Shown in pieces: positions 1-9,734 of a DNA stretch of 64,000 nucleotides; within the stretch, counting starts at the first letter, position 1, and each line of letters starts with the position of its first letter. The DNA is from Candidatus Krumholzibacteriia bacterium (GTDB lineage: Bacteria; Krumholzibacteriota; Krumholzibacteriia; LZORAL124-64-63): positions 6,147 to 70,146 of the forward strand of contig JAZBOO010000280.1 in NCBI GenBank assembly GCA_036351155.1, read 5' to 3'. A model generated the notes under the pieces. The model worked only from the letters and a program-made list of their open reading frames with translations, was not told the DNA's origin and did not search any database. A program made the translations under genes and the position numbers.

Positions 1-506
1 TGATCGGGGGCGGACACCAGGAACGCGGACGTCGGGCCGGCACCGAAAACACCCCCGGCATCGCCGGCATGGGTGCGGCTTGCACCCTGGCGGCGGCCAA
101 CATCGCCCACGAGAACACCGTGGTCCGCGGCATGAGGGACCGTCTGGAGCAGGGCCTCCTGGAGGCCATCCCCGACAGCCGCCGCAACGGTGACGCGGAG
201 TTCCGTCTGCCCAACACCACCAATATCAGTTTCGAGTTCATCGAGGGCGAAGGCATCCTGCTGTTGCTGGATCGCCTGGGTGTGGCCGCCAGCAGCGGGT
301 CGGCCTGCACCAGCGGCAGCCTCGAGCCCAGCCACGTGCTGCGCGCCATGGGCCTGCCCTTCACCCAGGCCCACGGGTCCATCCGGTTTTCCCTTTCGCG
401 TTACAATCGCCCCGAAGAAATCGAGTACGTGATCAAGGCCCTGCCCCCCATCATTGCCCGACTGCGCATGATCACGCCCTTCAATGCCGAAAGGGCGACG
501 TTCTAG
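1..506 (+). CDS. Cysteine desulfurase (IscS/NifS family), C-terminal part; the 5' end lies upstream of the window
   Basis: The reading frame is open from position 3. Translation ...RRAGTENTPGIAGMGAA...SSGSACTSGSLEPSHVLRAMG... matches the class V aminotransferase / cysteine desulfurase C-terminal region (SGSACTSG active-site Cys loop). Stop at 504-506. Confidence 0.85.
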   Translation, partial: IGGGHQERGRRAGTENTPGIAGMGAACTLAAANIAHENTVVRGMRDRLEQGLLEAIPDSRRNGDAEFRLPNTTNISFEFIEGEGILLLLDRLGVAASSGSACTSGSLEPSHVLRAMGLPFTQAHGSIRFSLSRYNRPEEIEYVIKALPPIIARLRMITPFNAERATF

Positions 507-510
507 GAAA

Positions 511-3500
511 ATGATGAACGCATCGCACTCCTCGTGCAGTGGGCCCACAGGTCTGCTGCACGATGCCTTTCTGGACCAGGTGGCCGGCGAGGGCCTGTTC
601 GAGGCCGTCGCTGCGGTGGATGCCGTCCTGCGCCATCATCGAGAAGACCCTCTTCTTCTTTCTGGACTGCAAAGCGGGGCCCAGGCCCTGCTGCTGGCGG
701 CCTGGGGCTTGAAGTCCGGCCGCTCGGGCCTGGTCGTCGCCCCGGATCGGGAAACGGCCGCCCAGCTGGCCGATGATCTCGAGGTGTGGCTGGGCTCGGA
801 GCAGGTGATCTATCTGCCTCAGGAAGAAGTCCTGGCCTTTGACCACAGCTCGCCCGAGCCCGCCCTGGTGGGTGATTTCCTGGAAGGGCTGTTGCGTCTG
901 CAGAACCAGCAGAAGGCCCTGGTGGTGACTTCGCTGTACGGGATGCGGCAGCGGGTCATGGCCCCGGGCACTCTGGAGAAGGCCACCCTGCGCCTGAAGG
1001 TGGGCCAGCAGGTCGACATGGACGATCTGGGCCAGGCCCTGGCCCAGCGCGGTTATCGACCGGCGGGTATGGTCTCCCGGGTGGGTGACTTCGCCCGGCG
1101 CGGCGGCCTGCTCGACATCTTTACCCCCGGCGCCCAGCCCCTGCGGATCGAGTTCTTCGACGATGAAATCGTCTCGGTGCGCGTATTCGACGTGGAAAGC
1201 CAGCGGACCATCGAACGGGTGGACGAGGCGGTCATCCTGCCGGTGAGCATGCTGCTGCTGGATGACGACGCGGTGCTGGCCTGCCTGGGCAAGGTCGAAC
1301 AGGCCATGTCCGAAGAGGACGCCCAGGAGGTGGACCCTGATTTCCTGATCGACCTGGAGGCACGCCTCGAGGACCGGCTGGTGGATGACGGTCTGGAATC
1401 GTTCCTCCCCTGGCTGGGTCCCACCGCCACGGTGAGCGACTACCTGCCCGAGGGCACGCCTGTTTTCTGGATCGATCCGGTGCGCCTGAACAGCCAGACC
1501 GAATTGCTGGAAGAAGAATTGCCCCGGTTGCGCAAGGGCCGCCTGGCCAAGGAGCCCATCCTGCCCAGGGTGGCCGAGCTGGTGACCCCTGTCGACCAGC
1601 TGGATCGACCCGGGCGCAACAACGTGTTCGTGGCCGAATCCTGGATCAAGGGTGATGTGGCCGGCTACTGGCTGGATTCTCATCCCGGCGAGTTTCTGGA
1701 GTACCGGACCACGGGCCAGGAGTTGCGGGGCGGTGACGTGGCCCAGCTGGCGTCCGAGCTGAAGAAGCGGGAAGAAGAGGGGCAAACCGTTCTGATGCTG
1801 TGCGACAACGCCGGCCAGGCGGGCCGCCTGACTGAACTGCTCGAGGAGATGGACGAGACGCTGGATCTGGCCCGGCCTCGGGTGGCCAGCCTGGGTGCCG
1901 GATTCAGCTGGCCGGAAATTGGTGTGTCCGTCATCACCGACCACGAATTTTTTCAGCGTTACCGACGGCCCACCAAGGTGCGGCACCGCAGCAGCGGTCT
2001 GGTCAAGGAGCGGGCTTCGCTCAAGCCCGGCGAGTTCGTGGTCCACCTGGAATATGGCATCGGTCACTACAAGGGTCTGCAGGTCATCACCGTCGAGGGT
2101 GTGGAACGCGAGTGCCTGCGGGTCGAGTATGCCGAGGGCGGCCAGGTGTACGTCCCGGTCGAGAACATCGACCAGGTGGAAAGGTACAGCTCGGACCAGG
2201 GAGCCAATCCACCCCTGGCCAAGCTGGGCTCGGGCAGCTGGCTCAAGGTCAAGGGGCGGGCCCGCAAGGCCATCAAGGCCATGGCCGCCGAGCTGATCGA
2301 ACTTTATGCCGCGCGCGAGGCCCGCCCCGGGCACGCTTTCCCGGCCGATTCCCATCTGCAAAAAGCTCTCGAGGAATCTTTCCTGTTCGAAGAAACCCCC
2401 GACCAGCTGACCGCCATTGCCGACGCCAAGCAGGACATGGAAAGCGCCCAGCCCATGGACCGCCTGGTCTGCGGCGATGTGGGCTTCGGCAAGACCGAGG
2501 TGGCGTTGCGGGCCGCCTTCAAGGCCGTGGACGCGGGCAAGCAGGTGGCCGTTCTGTGCCCCACCACCCTGCTGGCGGTGCAGCACGGCGAGACGTTTTC
2601 CGAGCGTTTCCGCGATTTTCCGGTGCGGGTGGAAACCCTGAGCCGTTTCAAGACCACCGCCGAGGCCAAGCAGCTGCTGGCCGAGTGTGCCGCCGGCAAG
2701 GTCGATGTGCTCATTGGCACCCATCGTCTCCTGTCCCGCGATGTCCGGTTCAAGGACCTGGGCCTGCTGGTGGTGGACGAGGAGCAGCGTTTTGGCGTGA
2801 AGCACAAGGAGCGGATCAAGGAGATCAAGCGTCAGGTTGACGTGATGACCCTGAGCGCCACGCCCATTCCACGCACCCTGTACCTGGCCCTGATGGGGGC
2901 CCGAGACATGAGCCTGATCAACACCCCACCGCGCGACCGTTTGCCCATCCACACCGAGCTGTGTGCGTTCAGCAAGCAGACCCTGGTCGAGGCCATCCTG
3001 CGTGAGATGCACCGCGGCGGACAGGTCTTCTTCGTGCACAACCGGGTGCAGACCATCGAGGGGACGGCCCAGCTGATCAAGCAGCTGCTGCCCAACGTGA
3101 GGGTGGCCTGGGCCCACGGGCAGATGAAGGAAGATCGGCTCGAGTCCATCATGACCAGGTTCCTGAATCATGAATTCGATGTGCTGGTGGCCACGGCCAT
3201 CATCGAATCGGGTCTGGACATGCCCCGGGTGAACACCATCATCATCGACCGGGCCGATCGCTTCGGTCTGGCCCAGCTTTACCAGCTGCGGGGCCGCGTG
3301 GGGCGCAGCAATCACCGGGCGTTCGCCTATCTGATGACCCCGCCCGGGGAGCGTCTGACCCCGGAGGCCCGTCGACGGCTGGCCGCCCTCGAGGAGTTTC
3401 AGGCACTGGGCTCGGGATACCACATCGCCATGCGGGATCTGGAAATCCGGGGGGCCGGCAACCTGCTGGGCGAGGAACAGCACGGGCACATGGAGGCCAT

Positions 3501-4104
3501 CGGTTTCGATCTGTACTGCCGTCTGCTGGAGGAAACGGTGGCGGAACTTCGAGGCGGTGGTGGTGTTGCACCGCTGGATGTGAAGGTCGACCTGCGTCTG
3601 AGCGCCTATCTGCCTGACAGTTACGTGGGCGATCCCCAGCAGAAAATGGACCTCTACCGCCGTCTGGCGCGATTGCGCAAGGTGGGAGCCTGTCGGCGGA
3701 TTGCCGAGGAGTTCAAGGACCGCTACGGTCCGCTGCCCCCGGCGGTCGAACATCTGGTGGCCATCCAGGAGCTGAAAATCCTGGCCGGGTCCCTGGGAGT
3801 CGAGGAAATCAAGGGAAGCCGTCAGGGGCTAGATTTCTTTTTCGCTGGCGGTCAGGAACCCGAACCCGCTATAATTCAGGGTTTGATGGGCTCGGGGCAC
3901 CCTCCCACGCGCGAGGGGACTTCACCGGCATTCCACCCAGGCCTCAAGTTCCGGGCGGTCGACCAGCTGATCATGAGCGTTCCCGCGGCCAGGGAGGAGT
4001 TCCTCTCGGTGGCGGCGGCCATGTTGCGCCGGGTGGCCGAACTCAAGAAAATCGTCGCCGACCGTACAGCACCGTCGGCCCGTTTTGTCAAAACCGAGGA
4101 GTGA
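511..4104 (+). CDS. mfd: Transcription-repair coupling factor Mfd
   Basis: 1206-aa ORF with Walker A LVCGDVGFGKTEVALRAAFKAV, DEEQRFGV (DEAD-like) and the TRCF C-terminal domain. ATG 511/514 follows AGGAAA; the ORF-track start at 484 overlaps the upstream stop, so the exact start is uncertain. Confidence 0.93.
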   Translation: MMNASHSSCSGPTGLLHDAFLDQVAGEGLFEAVAAVDAVLRHHREDPLLLSGLQSGAQALLLAAWGLKSGRSGLVVAPDRETAAQLADDLEVWLGSEQVIYLPQEEVLAFDHSSPEPALVGDFLEGLLRLQNQQKALVVTSLYGMRQRVMAPGTLEKATLRLKVGQQVDMDDLGQALAQRGYRPAGMVSRVGDFARRGGLLDIFTPGAQPLRIEFFDDEIVSVRVFDVESQRTIERVDEAVILPVSMLLLDDDAVLACLGKVEQAMSEEDAQEVDPDFLIDLEARLEDRLVDDGLESFLPWLGPTATVSDYLPEGTPVFWIDPVRLNSQTELLEEELPRLRKGRLAKEPILPRVAELVTPVDQLDRPGRNNVFVAESWIKGDVAGYWLDSHPGEFLEYRTTGQELRGGDVAQLASELKKREEEGQTVLMLCDNAGQAGRLTELLEEMDETLDLARPRVASLGAGFSWPEIGVSVITDHEFFQRYRRPTKVRHRSSGLVKERASLKPGEFVVHLEYGIGHYKGLQVITVEGVERECLRVEYAEGGQVYVPVENIDQVERYSSDQGANPPLAKLGSGSWLKVKGRARKAIKAMAAELIELYAAREARPGHAFPADSHLQKALEESFLFEETPDQLTAIADAKQDMESAQPMDRLVCGDVGFGKTEVALRAAFKAVDAGKQVAVLCPTTLLAVQHGETFSERFRDFPVRVETLSRFKTTAEAKQLLAECAAGKVDVLIGTHRLLSRDVRFKDLGLLVVDEEQRFGVKHKERIKEIKRQVDVMTLSATPIPRTLYLALMGARDMSLINTPPRDRLPIHTELCAFSKQTLVEAILREMHRGGQVFFVHNRVQTIEGTAQLIKQLLPNVRVAWAHGQMKEDRLESIMTRFLNHEFDVLVATAIIESGLDMPRVNTIIIDRADRFGLAQLYQLRGRVGRSNHRAFAYLMTPPGERLTPEARRRLAALEEFQALGSGYHIAMRDLEIRGAGNLLGEEQHGHMEAIGFDLYCRLLEETVAELRGGGGVAPLDVKVDLRLSAYLPDSYVGDPQQKMDLYRRLARLRKVGACRRIAEEFKDRYGPLPPAVEHLVAIQELKILAGSLGVEEIKGSRQGLDFFFAGGQEPEPAIIQGLMGSGHPPTREGTSPAFHPGLKFRAVDQLIMSVPAAREEFLSVAAAMLRRVAELKKIVADRTAPSARFVKTEE

Positions 4105-4106
4105 CA

Positions 4107-5945
4107 ATGTACCCCTGCAAGCTTTACCGAACCCCCGCAGCGCGCCCTGCCGCGGGCCTGGTTTTCCTGATCCTGATCCTGACCTTCCTGCTGGCCGGTT
4201 GCGGCGGCGGCGACAAGTCCGGGACTTCCGGAGACAGGGATGCCGTGGTTCTGGCCACCGTTGGCGAGGTCGAGGTCACCGACCTGGACTACGAGAGGGG
4301 CCTGGTCAAGCTGGAGCCCAACGAGCTGCCCGTGGACGACCAGGGCCAGTTCCTGGACATGGCCGGCCGTGAGGGGAAGAAGGAATTCCTCGAGGTGCTG
4401 ATCAACAAGGAACTGCTGAACCTCAAGGCGCGGCAGCTGGGTTACGACCAGGAACCGGATGCGGTCAATGCCCGTAAAAGCCTGCTGGCCTATCATGCCC
4501 AGGAGGCCCTGTGGAAGCAGGTGGTGGGCGAGCCCGCCAACACCATCACCGAGGAGGAACTGCAGGCCTTCTACGCCAACATGGGGAAGACGCGCAACTG
4601 CCAGTTCGTGATCTGCAACTTCATTGAAGATGCACATGCGGCCAAGAAGCACGCCGAAGGCGGAGCGGACTGGGACGAGATGGTGGACAAGTTCCACGAC
4701 GGCAGTGAGGATCCCGCCGGCAAGTACGAAATTGCGGTGCCCTACGGCCAGTACAGTTCCAGCTTCGAGGACAGGGTTTACGAGATCCCCATCGGCGGGA
4801 TCACCGAACCGATCAAGACCAGCTACGGCTACTGGGTCCTGCGGGTCATGAATGAAAAGCAGGGCAAGAAGCCGGACCTGGAGGCGGCCAAGGCCCAGGT
4901 GCTGGACATCACCCGCAATCGCAAGATGGGGCGGGCCCGCAACGACTTCCAGGAATCGGTCATCGCCAAGCACCAGCTGACCTTCGACGAGGATGTGCTG
5001 TGGATCTGCTACCAGGGCATTCCCGAGGGCGATATCATGGATCCGGCCACCAATCAGCCCCGCAATCGTGAGGATCTGGAGCCCCTGAACGTGCCGGCGG
5101 CCGACCTGGATCGCTTCTTCTTCTCGTACTACCTGGGCGGGGAGCTCAAGGAATTCACGCTGGGCGATTACAAGGAGCACTTCGACAAGATGGGTGTGTT
5201 CCAGCGTCCCAAGCGCGGCGACATGCTGGGCGGACTGCGCCAGAAGATCACCAACGAGGTGGGCAAGGGATTCATGGAAGAGGAAGCCCGCGAGCGCGGT
5301 CTGGAAGAGGATCCCGAAGTGGTGGCCAAGGTGGACACCAAGGTCGAGGAGATCATGGTCACCCGCCTCTACGGTGATCTGGTCACCTTCGATGAGAGGG
5401 TCACCATTCCCCAGATGGACGAGTACTACGCGCAGTATCCCGAGAAATTCCTGGAGCCCGAGGTGCGCGAAGGCCGCCTGGTGGTCTGCCTGAATCCCAA
5501 GCAGGCGGGACAGGCCCGAGACAAGGCCCGGACGGGCGCTCCCTGGCGGGAAATCCTCAAGGAATTCGGCAACGACAAGGGTAACATCGCCCAGGGTGGG
5601 AAGATCACCAAGGTGATCGTGGGTGAGCCCACGCCCCTGGAAGTGGTGCTGTTCGCCATGCAGGAGGGCGAAGTCAGCGATCCCTTCCCCATGGAAAACG
5701 GGCGCCACGGTGTGGTCATGCTGGAAAGCGTGACTCCGGAGCGGATGCCGGCCCGTGAGGGACTGAACGAAAAGATTGCCTTCCGCATCAAGAATGAGCG
5801 GCGGGAAAAGGCCTTCAAGGACCTTCTGGCCCAGTGGTCCGAGGAGTTCGGGGTGACCCGCTTCGAGGAGAACCTGGACGGTCTGCCCAGCTACGAGGAA
5901 CTCAAGACGGTGCAGCAGCCTGAAAACCTGGTGCCGGTGAATTAG
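4107..5945 (+). CDS. Lipoprotein with parvulin-type peptidyl-prolyl cis-trans isomerase domain (PrsA/SurA-like)
   Basis: Signal peptide plus lipobox LLAGCGGG. The PpiC-type region has ITEPIKTSYGYWVLRV. ATG 4107 sits 6 nt after AGGAG; the ORF-track GTG at 4101 overlaps the mfd stop. Confidence 0.8.
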   Translation: MYPCKLYRTPAARPAAGLVFLILILTFLLAGCGGGDKSGTSGDRDAVVLATVGEVEVTDLDYERGLVKLEPNELPVDDQGQFLDMAGREGKKEFLEVLINKELLNLKARQLGYDQEPDAVNARKSLLAYHAQEALWKQVVGEPANTITEEELQAFYANMGKTRNCQFVICNFIEDAHAAKKHAEGGADWDEMVDKFHDGSEDPAGKYEIAVPYGQYSSSFEDRVYEIPIGGITEPIKTSYGYWVLRVMNEKQGKKPDLEAAKAQVLDITRNRKMGRARNDFQESVIAKHQLTFDEDVLWICYQGIPEGDIMDPATNQPRNREDLEPLNVPAADLDRFFFSYYLGGELKEFTLGDYKEHFDKMGVFQRPKRGDMLGGLRQKITNEVGKGFMEEEARERGLEEDPEVVAKVDTKVEEIMVTRLYGDLVTFDERVTIPQMDEYYAQYPEKFLEPEVREGRLVVCLNPKQAGQARDKARTGAPWREILKEFGNDKGNIAQGGKITKVIVGEPTPLEVVLFAMQEGEVSDPFPMENGRHGVVMLESVTPERMPAREGLNEKIAFRIKNERREKAFKDLLAQWSEEFGVTRFEENLDGLPSYEELKTVQQPENLVPVN

Positions 5946-5953
5946 GAGCCAAA

Positions 5954-7267
5954 ATGAATCGTTTCCTGCCCATTCTTGTCCTGGTGATGCTCGCGATGTC
6001 GTCCTTGTCGCCCGCGATGGCCCAGACCGCCGGCGAAACCCAGCTGGTGGATCGAATCGTGGCCATCGTGGACGAGGAGGCCATCCTCATGAGCGACCTG
6101 GAACGGGAGATGGAACTCTACCGGATGGAACGGGAATACGCGGGCCAGCCGATCGATCAGAAGCCGGAGGAGATCCGGAGCGAAATGCTGAACCGGCTGG
6201 TGGAAAGCAAGCTGATCATCGCGGCGGCCAAGCAGGCGGACATGACCGTTGATGCGGAGGCCATCAAGGCCAGCGTGGAGCAAAAGATTGATCAGTTTGT
6301 CGAGCATTTCGGCTCCATGGAAAATCTCCAGAGCGAGCTGGCCCGCAGTGGGATGACCCTGGGCGATTATCGGGCCCGGATGACCAGCCAGCTGATGGAT
6401 CAACAGTACCTGCGCCTGGTGGTGGGCAAGTATATCCGCCCCGATGTGGAGGTGCTGGAAAATGAGATCCGGCAGTACTATCTGGACAACCTGGACCAGA
6501 TGCCGGCCGAGCCCGACAGCGTGACCATCGCCAACATTCTGATCCCGGTGCAGCCCTCGGTCGATGTGCGGCAGGCGGTGCAGGCGCGGGTTACCGAGGT
6601 TCAGGCAGCTCTGGCCAAGGGGACCCCCTTCGCCGACGTGGCGCGCCAGCTGAGCATGGGACCCAACGCCGCGCGGGGGGGAGCCATCGGAACCCTGGCC
6701 CCCGGCGACCTGTTCGATCCCAACCTGGACCGGGCGGCCTTCGCGCTGGCGGCCGGTCAGGTGAGTGAACCGGTGGTCAGCACCCGCGGTGTGCATCTGC
6801 TGCGGGTCGATGCCGTGCAGCCCGACGGGCGTCGGGCCATCAGCCAGATCTTCTTTCCCATCGAGATCACCGAGGCCGACATGAACGCGGCCAAGGCCCG
6901 CATGGACCAGGCCCGCAACCGGGTTCTGCAGGGCGAGAGCTTTGCTCTGGTGGCGGCCGAGGTCAGTGGTGATCCGGTTTCGGCCCGGGCGGGCGGGGTG
7001 CTGGGAACCTTCCGGCTGGAAGATCTGAGTGCCCAGTTCCAGGAAGTCCTGGAACCGGCCAACATCGGCGAGATCACCGAACCGGTGCTGACGCCGGCGG
7101 GGTGGTATGTGTTCCTGGTGCAGGACCGCAGGGATGGCCACCGCTACACCTTCGAGGAATTGAAGGAAGATCTGCGCCAGGTGGTGGAAGGGCAAAAGAT
7201 CGAGGCGGCCCTGGCCGAGTATGTGGCCGGGCTGAGGAATCGGTTCTTCATCGACGAGAAAAGCTGA
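5954..7267 (+). CDS. surA: Periplasmic chaperone / PPIase SurA
   Basis: Signal peptide MNRFLPILVLVMLAMSSLSPAMA, SurA N-terminal chaperone region, parvulin domain (VSTRGVHLLRV). RBS GGAG precedes ATG 5954. Confidence 0.85.
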   Translation: MNRFLPILVLVMLAMSSLSPAMAQTAGETQLVDRIVAIVDEEAILMSDLEREMELYRMEREYAGQPIDQKPEEIRSEMLNRLVESKLIIAAAKQADMTVDAEAIKASVEQKIDQFVEHFGSMENLQSELARSGMTLGDYRARMTSQLMDQQYLRLVVGKYIRPDVEVLENEIRQYYLDNLDQMPAEPDSVTIANILIPVQPSVDVRQAVQARVTEVQAALAKGTPFADVARQLSMGPNAARGGAIGTLAPGDLFDPNLDRAAFALAAGQVSEPVVSTRGVHLLRVDAVQPDGRRAISQIFFPIEITEADMNAAKARMDQARNRVLQGESFALVAAEVSGDPVSARAGGVLGTFRLEDLSAQFQEVLEPANIGEITEPVLTPAGWYVFLVQDRRDGHRYTFEELKEDLRQVVEGQKIEAALAEYVAGLRNRFFIDEKS

Positions 7268-7293
7268 CCGCCATCGCGATCCGGAAATTGGAC

Positions 7294-7329
7294 GGCTCAG
7301 GGACCCTGCTCCCTGAGCCGTTTTGTTTC
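7294..7329 (+). terminator. Rho-independent terminator of surA: GGCTCAGGGA-ccctgc-TCCCTGAGCC followed by GTTTTGTTT
   Basis: Perfect 10-bp GC-rich stem, 6-nt loop and a U-rich tail, 27 nt after the surA stop. It overlaps the last codons of the convergent minus-strand gene. Confidence 0.75.
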
Positions 7330-8787
7330 GGCCTCCAGAAAGGCGGGCAACCAGGGGAAGGCTTCCAGCAGGTTGCCGCAATTCTCGGCGAAGGCGCTCA
7401 TGACCTCGGGGTTGCGGCTGCTCCAGAGCAGGGTGATCCATTCCTTGAGCAGACGGTCGGCGGTGTCCTGGTCGGTGTCGAGGGTGCCCTGGAAATCCTG
7501 CCCCACCGCCAGTTGACAGACCAGCAGACCCAGCTGCGCGATGGGATCAGGACCGGAGTGCCGCGCCAGGATCTGGCCCGCGCCTGCCGGTCGGCCCTGA
7601 CCCAGCAGCAGCCGCGCGCAGGGAATGGCCGCTTCGGGGTGGGCGTTGAGATGGTCCCCGAGGGGGGCCTGTTCCGGGTCAAATCCCGCGCAAACCGAGA
7701 GGGCCATCAGGGCCTCGGTGTCGGTGGGGGCCGAGACAGCCGCCTGCCTGGCCAGGATCGAGGCCCGGTCTCGATCGCCACGGTTCAGGGCCAGACGGCA
7801 TAGTCCCAGAAGTGGGCGGGTCACCGCCAGCTGACTGGCCGCATCGGCAGGGAGATCCAGGCAGCGCTGGAAGGCTGCACCCGCCTGGTCCGTTTGCTCC
7901 GCCGCCTCATGCAGCAGACCCCGCTGCAGCCACCAGGCGGCCGATTCCCCTGACCAGTGGCGATGAGCGTCCAGCCAGGTGAGTCCTTCGCGGGGATCGC
8001 TGAACAGCCTCTGCACCATCATGGCCGCCAGTTCACCGCTCCAGGCCCGGCCCTTGAGGTCTTGCGCCTGCTGGGGCGTCAGCCCGGCCAGGTGCTCCAC
8101 ACAGGCGTGAGCCTCCTGCCGGCCCAGATCCTGATCTTCCCAGAAACGCGCGATTTCCAGGATCTTGAACCGACAGTAAAAATCCTCGGGATCCTGCTCC
8201 AGGGACAGCCGCAACAGGGTCAGATCCCGATCCTTCTTGTTGCGGTCGGCGGCCACCTCACGCACGTAGCCCAGGTGGTCGACCACGCCGTCGAGGTGGA
8301 CCAGTTTCAAGCTCTCGCGCCCGAGCATGTCCTGTACGGGGACCGAGATATCCTCGTGGATGCGGTAGCGAAAGCGCACCTCGGGCCGGTTGCGGAACAG
8401 TCGCAGAAGCCGGCTTTCCCGCCGGTGTCCCCCGGGCAGCTGGTTGCGCATGACCACCGTGGCCGCCCCGGCCTGCGGGTCGTGCACCAGCCGGCGAATT
8501 TCCGCTTTCAATGTGGGGCTCACACGTTCATCGGCATCGAGGAACAGGATCCACTGGCCGGTGGCCGGCTGCAGAGAGGCGTTGCGGGCGGCGGCAAAAT
8601 CATCGTCCCAGGGATAATCCACCAGCTGGGCTCCGGCCTGCTTCAGCAGGGCGGCCGAGGCATCCCTTGATCCGGTGTCCACGGCGATGAATTCATCCCA
8701 CAGCCCATCCACAGCCGCCAGGAAGTCGGGCAGCATGGTTTCTTCATCACGAAAAATCATACACAAGCTCAAGATGGGCCGGGGCAT
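7297..8787 (-). CDS. Family 2 glycosyltransferase fused to a TPR-repeat C-terminal domain
   Basis: N-terminus ILSLCMIFRDEETMLPDFLAAVDGLWDEFIAVDTGSRD...LFLDADE is the GT2 fold with a DxD motif. The C-terminal half is repetitive and helical (TPR-like). AGGAGC RBS lies 6 nt upstream of ATG 8787. Confidence 0.8.
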   Translation of the reverse strand: MPRPILSLCMIFRDEETMLPDFLAAVDGLWDEFIAVDTGSRDASAALLKQAGAQLVDYPWDDDFAAARNASLQPATGQWILFLDADERVSPTLKAEIRRLVHDPQAGAATVVMRNQLPGGHRRESRLLRLFRNRPEVRFRYRIHEDISVPVQDMLGRESLKLVHLDGVVDHLGYVREVAADRNKKDRDLTLLRLSLEQDPEDFYCRFKILEIARFWEDQDLGRQEAHACVEHLAGLTPQQAQDLKGRAWSGELAAMMVQRLFSDPREGLTWLDAHRHWSGESAAWWLQRGLLHEAAEQTDQAGAAFQRCLDLPADAASQLAVTRPLLGLCRLALNRGDRDRASILARQAAVSAPTDTEALMALSVCAGFDPEQAPLGDHLNAHPEAAIPCARLLLGQGRPAGAGQILARHSGPDPIAQLGLLVCQLAVGQDFQGTLDTDQDTADRLLKEWITLLWSSRNPEVMSAFAENCGNLLEAFPWLPAFLEAETKRLREQGP

Positions 8788-8939
8788 GGGTGCTCCTGTT
8801 CGGGGAGAAAGTTGACCGGGACATTATGACCTTCCGGGCACGGATTGTGCAACCTATCACCTGAACAGAACGTGCACGGCCCCCGGGCCGGGCTGCGGCT
8901 GGACCCCAGAACGGGTCCGTCAAACCACAGGAGAAGACC

Positions 8940-9734
8940 TTGGCCACCGACATCAGCGGAACAGGGCAGGACAAGAGCAGCGGACCGCTCGATGCCCGCA
9001 CGATCATCAACTTCTACCGGGTCAATCTGGAGTACAAGGATCAGATGGCCCTGCGGGATATCAATTTCTCGGTGGACAACGGGGAGTTCCTTTGCCTGAC
9101 CGGGCCCAGCGGCGCAGGCAAGAGCAGCATCCTGCGCCTGATCGCCATGGATGCCATCCCCACGCGCGGCGAAGTGATCGTCAAGGGGATGCTGGCCACG
9201 AAGATGAATCGCAAGAAGATCGCCCTGCTGCGGCGCGAGATAGGGTTCGTTTTCCAGGACTTCCGGCTGCTGGAAGACCGCAGCGTGGAAGAGAACGTTG
9301 CTTTCGCGCAACTCGTTGTGGGCGTGTCAAATGCTGAGATCAAGAAGAACGTCATGCGCGTGCTCACCCAGGTGGGCTTGCACGACAAGAAGCACCGCCG
9401 GCCCCGCGAGCTGAGCGGCGGGGAGCAGCAGCGGGTGGCCATCGCCCGGGCCATGGTCAACAGTCCCAAGATCCTGCTGGCCGACGAGCCCACCGGCAAC
9501 CTCGATCCGGTCACTGCGCAGGAGATCATCGACCTGCTGTTCCGCATCAACGATGGGGGCACCTGCGTGATCTTCAGCACCCACGACCACGAAATCGTCA
9601 AGACCTTCGGCCAGAGGGTCATGATCATCGACGGGGGCAAGGTCAAGTCCGATATCCAGCGCCGCCAGGCGGTCGACCGCAACGCCCGTCTGACCGACAA
9701 GATGTTCCAGGCCGAGGAGGCCCTCCATGCTTAA
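8940..9734 (+). CDS. ftsE: Cell division ATP-binding protein FtsE
   Basis: Walker A GPSGAGKSS, ABC signature LSGGEQQRVAIARA, Walker B ILLADEPTGNLD. TTG start with AGGAG 6 nt upstream; the start could be further downstream. Confidence 0.9.
   Translation: MATDISGTGQDKSSGPLDARTIINFYRVNLEYKDQMALRDINFSVDNGEFLCLTGPSGAGKSSILRLIAMDAIPTRGEVIVKGMLATKMNRKKIALLRREIGFVFQDFRLLEDRSVEENVAFAQLVVGVSNAEIKKNVMRVLTQVGLHDKKHRRPRELSGGEQQRVAIARAMVNSPKILLADEPTGNLDPVTAQEIIDLLFRINDGGTCVIFSTHDHEIVKTFGQRVMIIDGGKVKSDIQRRQAVDRNARLTDKMFQAEEALHA

Noticed and set aside
481-3753. 1090-aa ORF on the minus strand opposite mfd. Similar long reverse-strand ORFs occur at 3876-5708, 5942-7441, 21953-24025, 26804-29824, 33032-34732, 35758-37011, 43946-46273, 49749-51941, 51993-53375, 53673-55259, 59438-60499 and 60944-62356.
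   Set aside because: All lie antisense to genes with clear conserved motifs. Their translations are low-complexity (G/P/R/A/H/Q-rich) with no recognisable domains. In a GC-rich genome, stop codons are rare in the antisense frames of real genes, so these are mirror artefacts.
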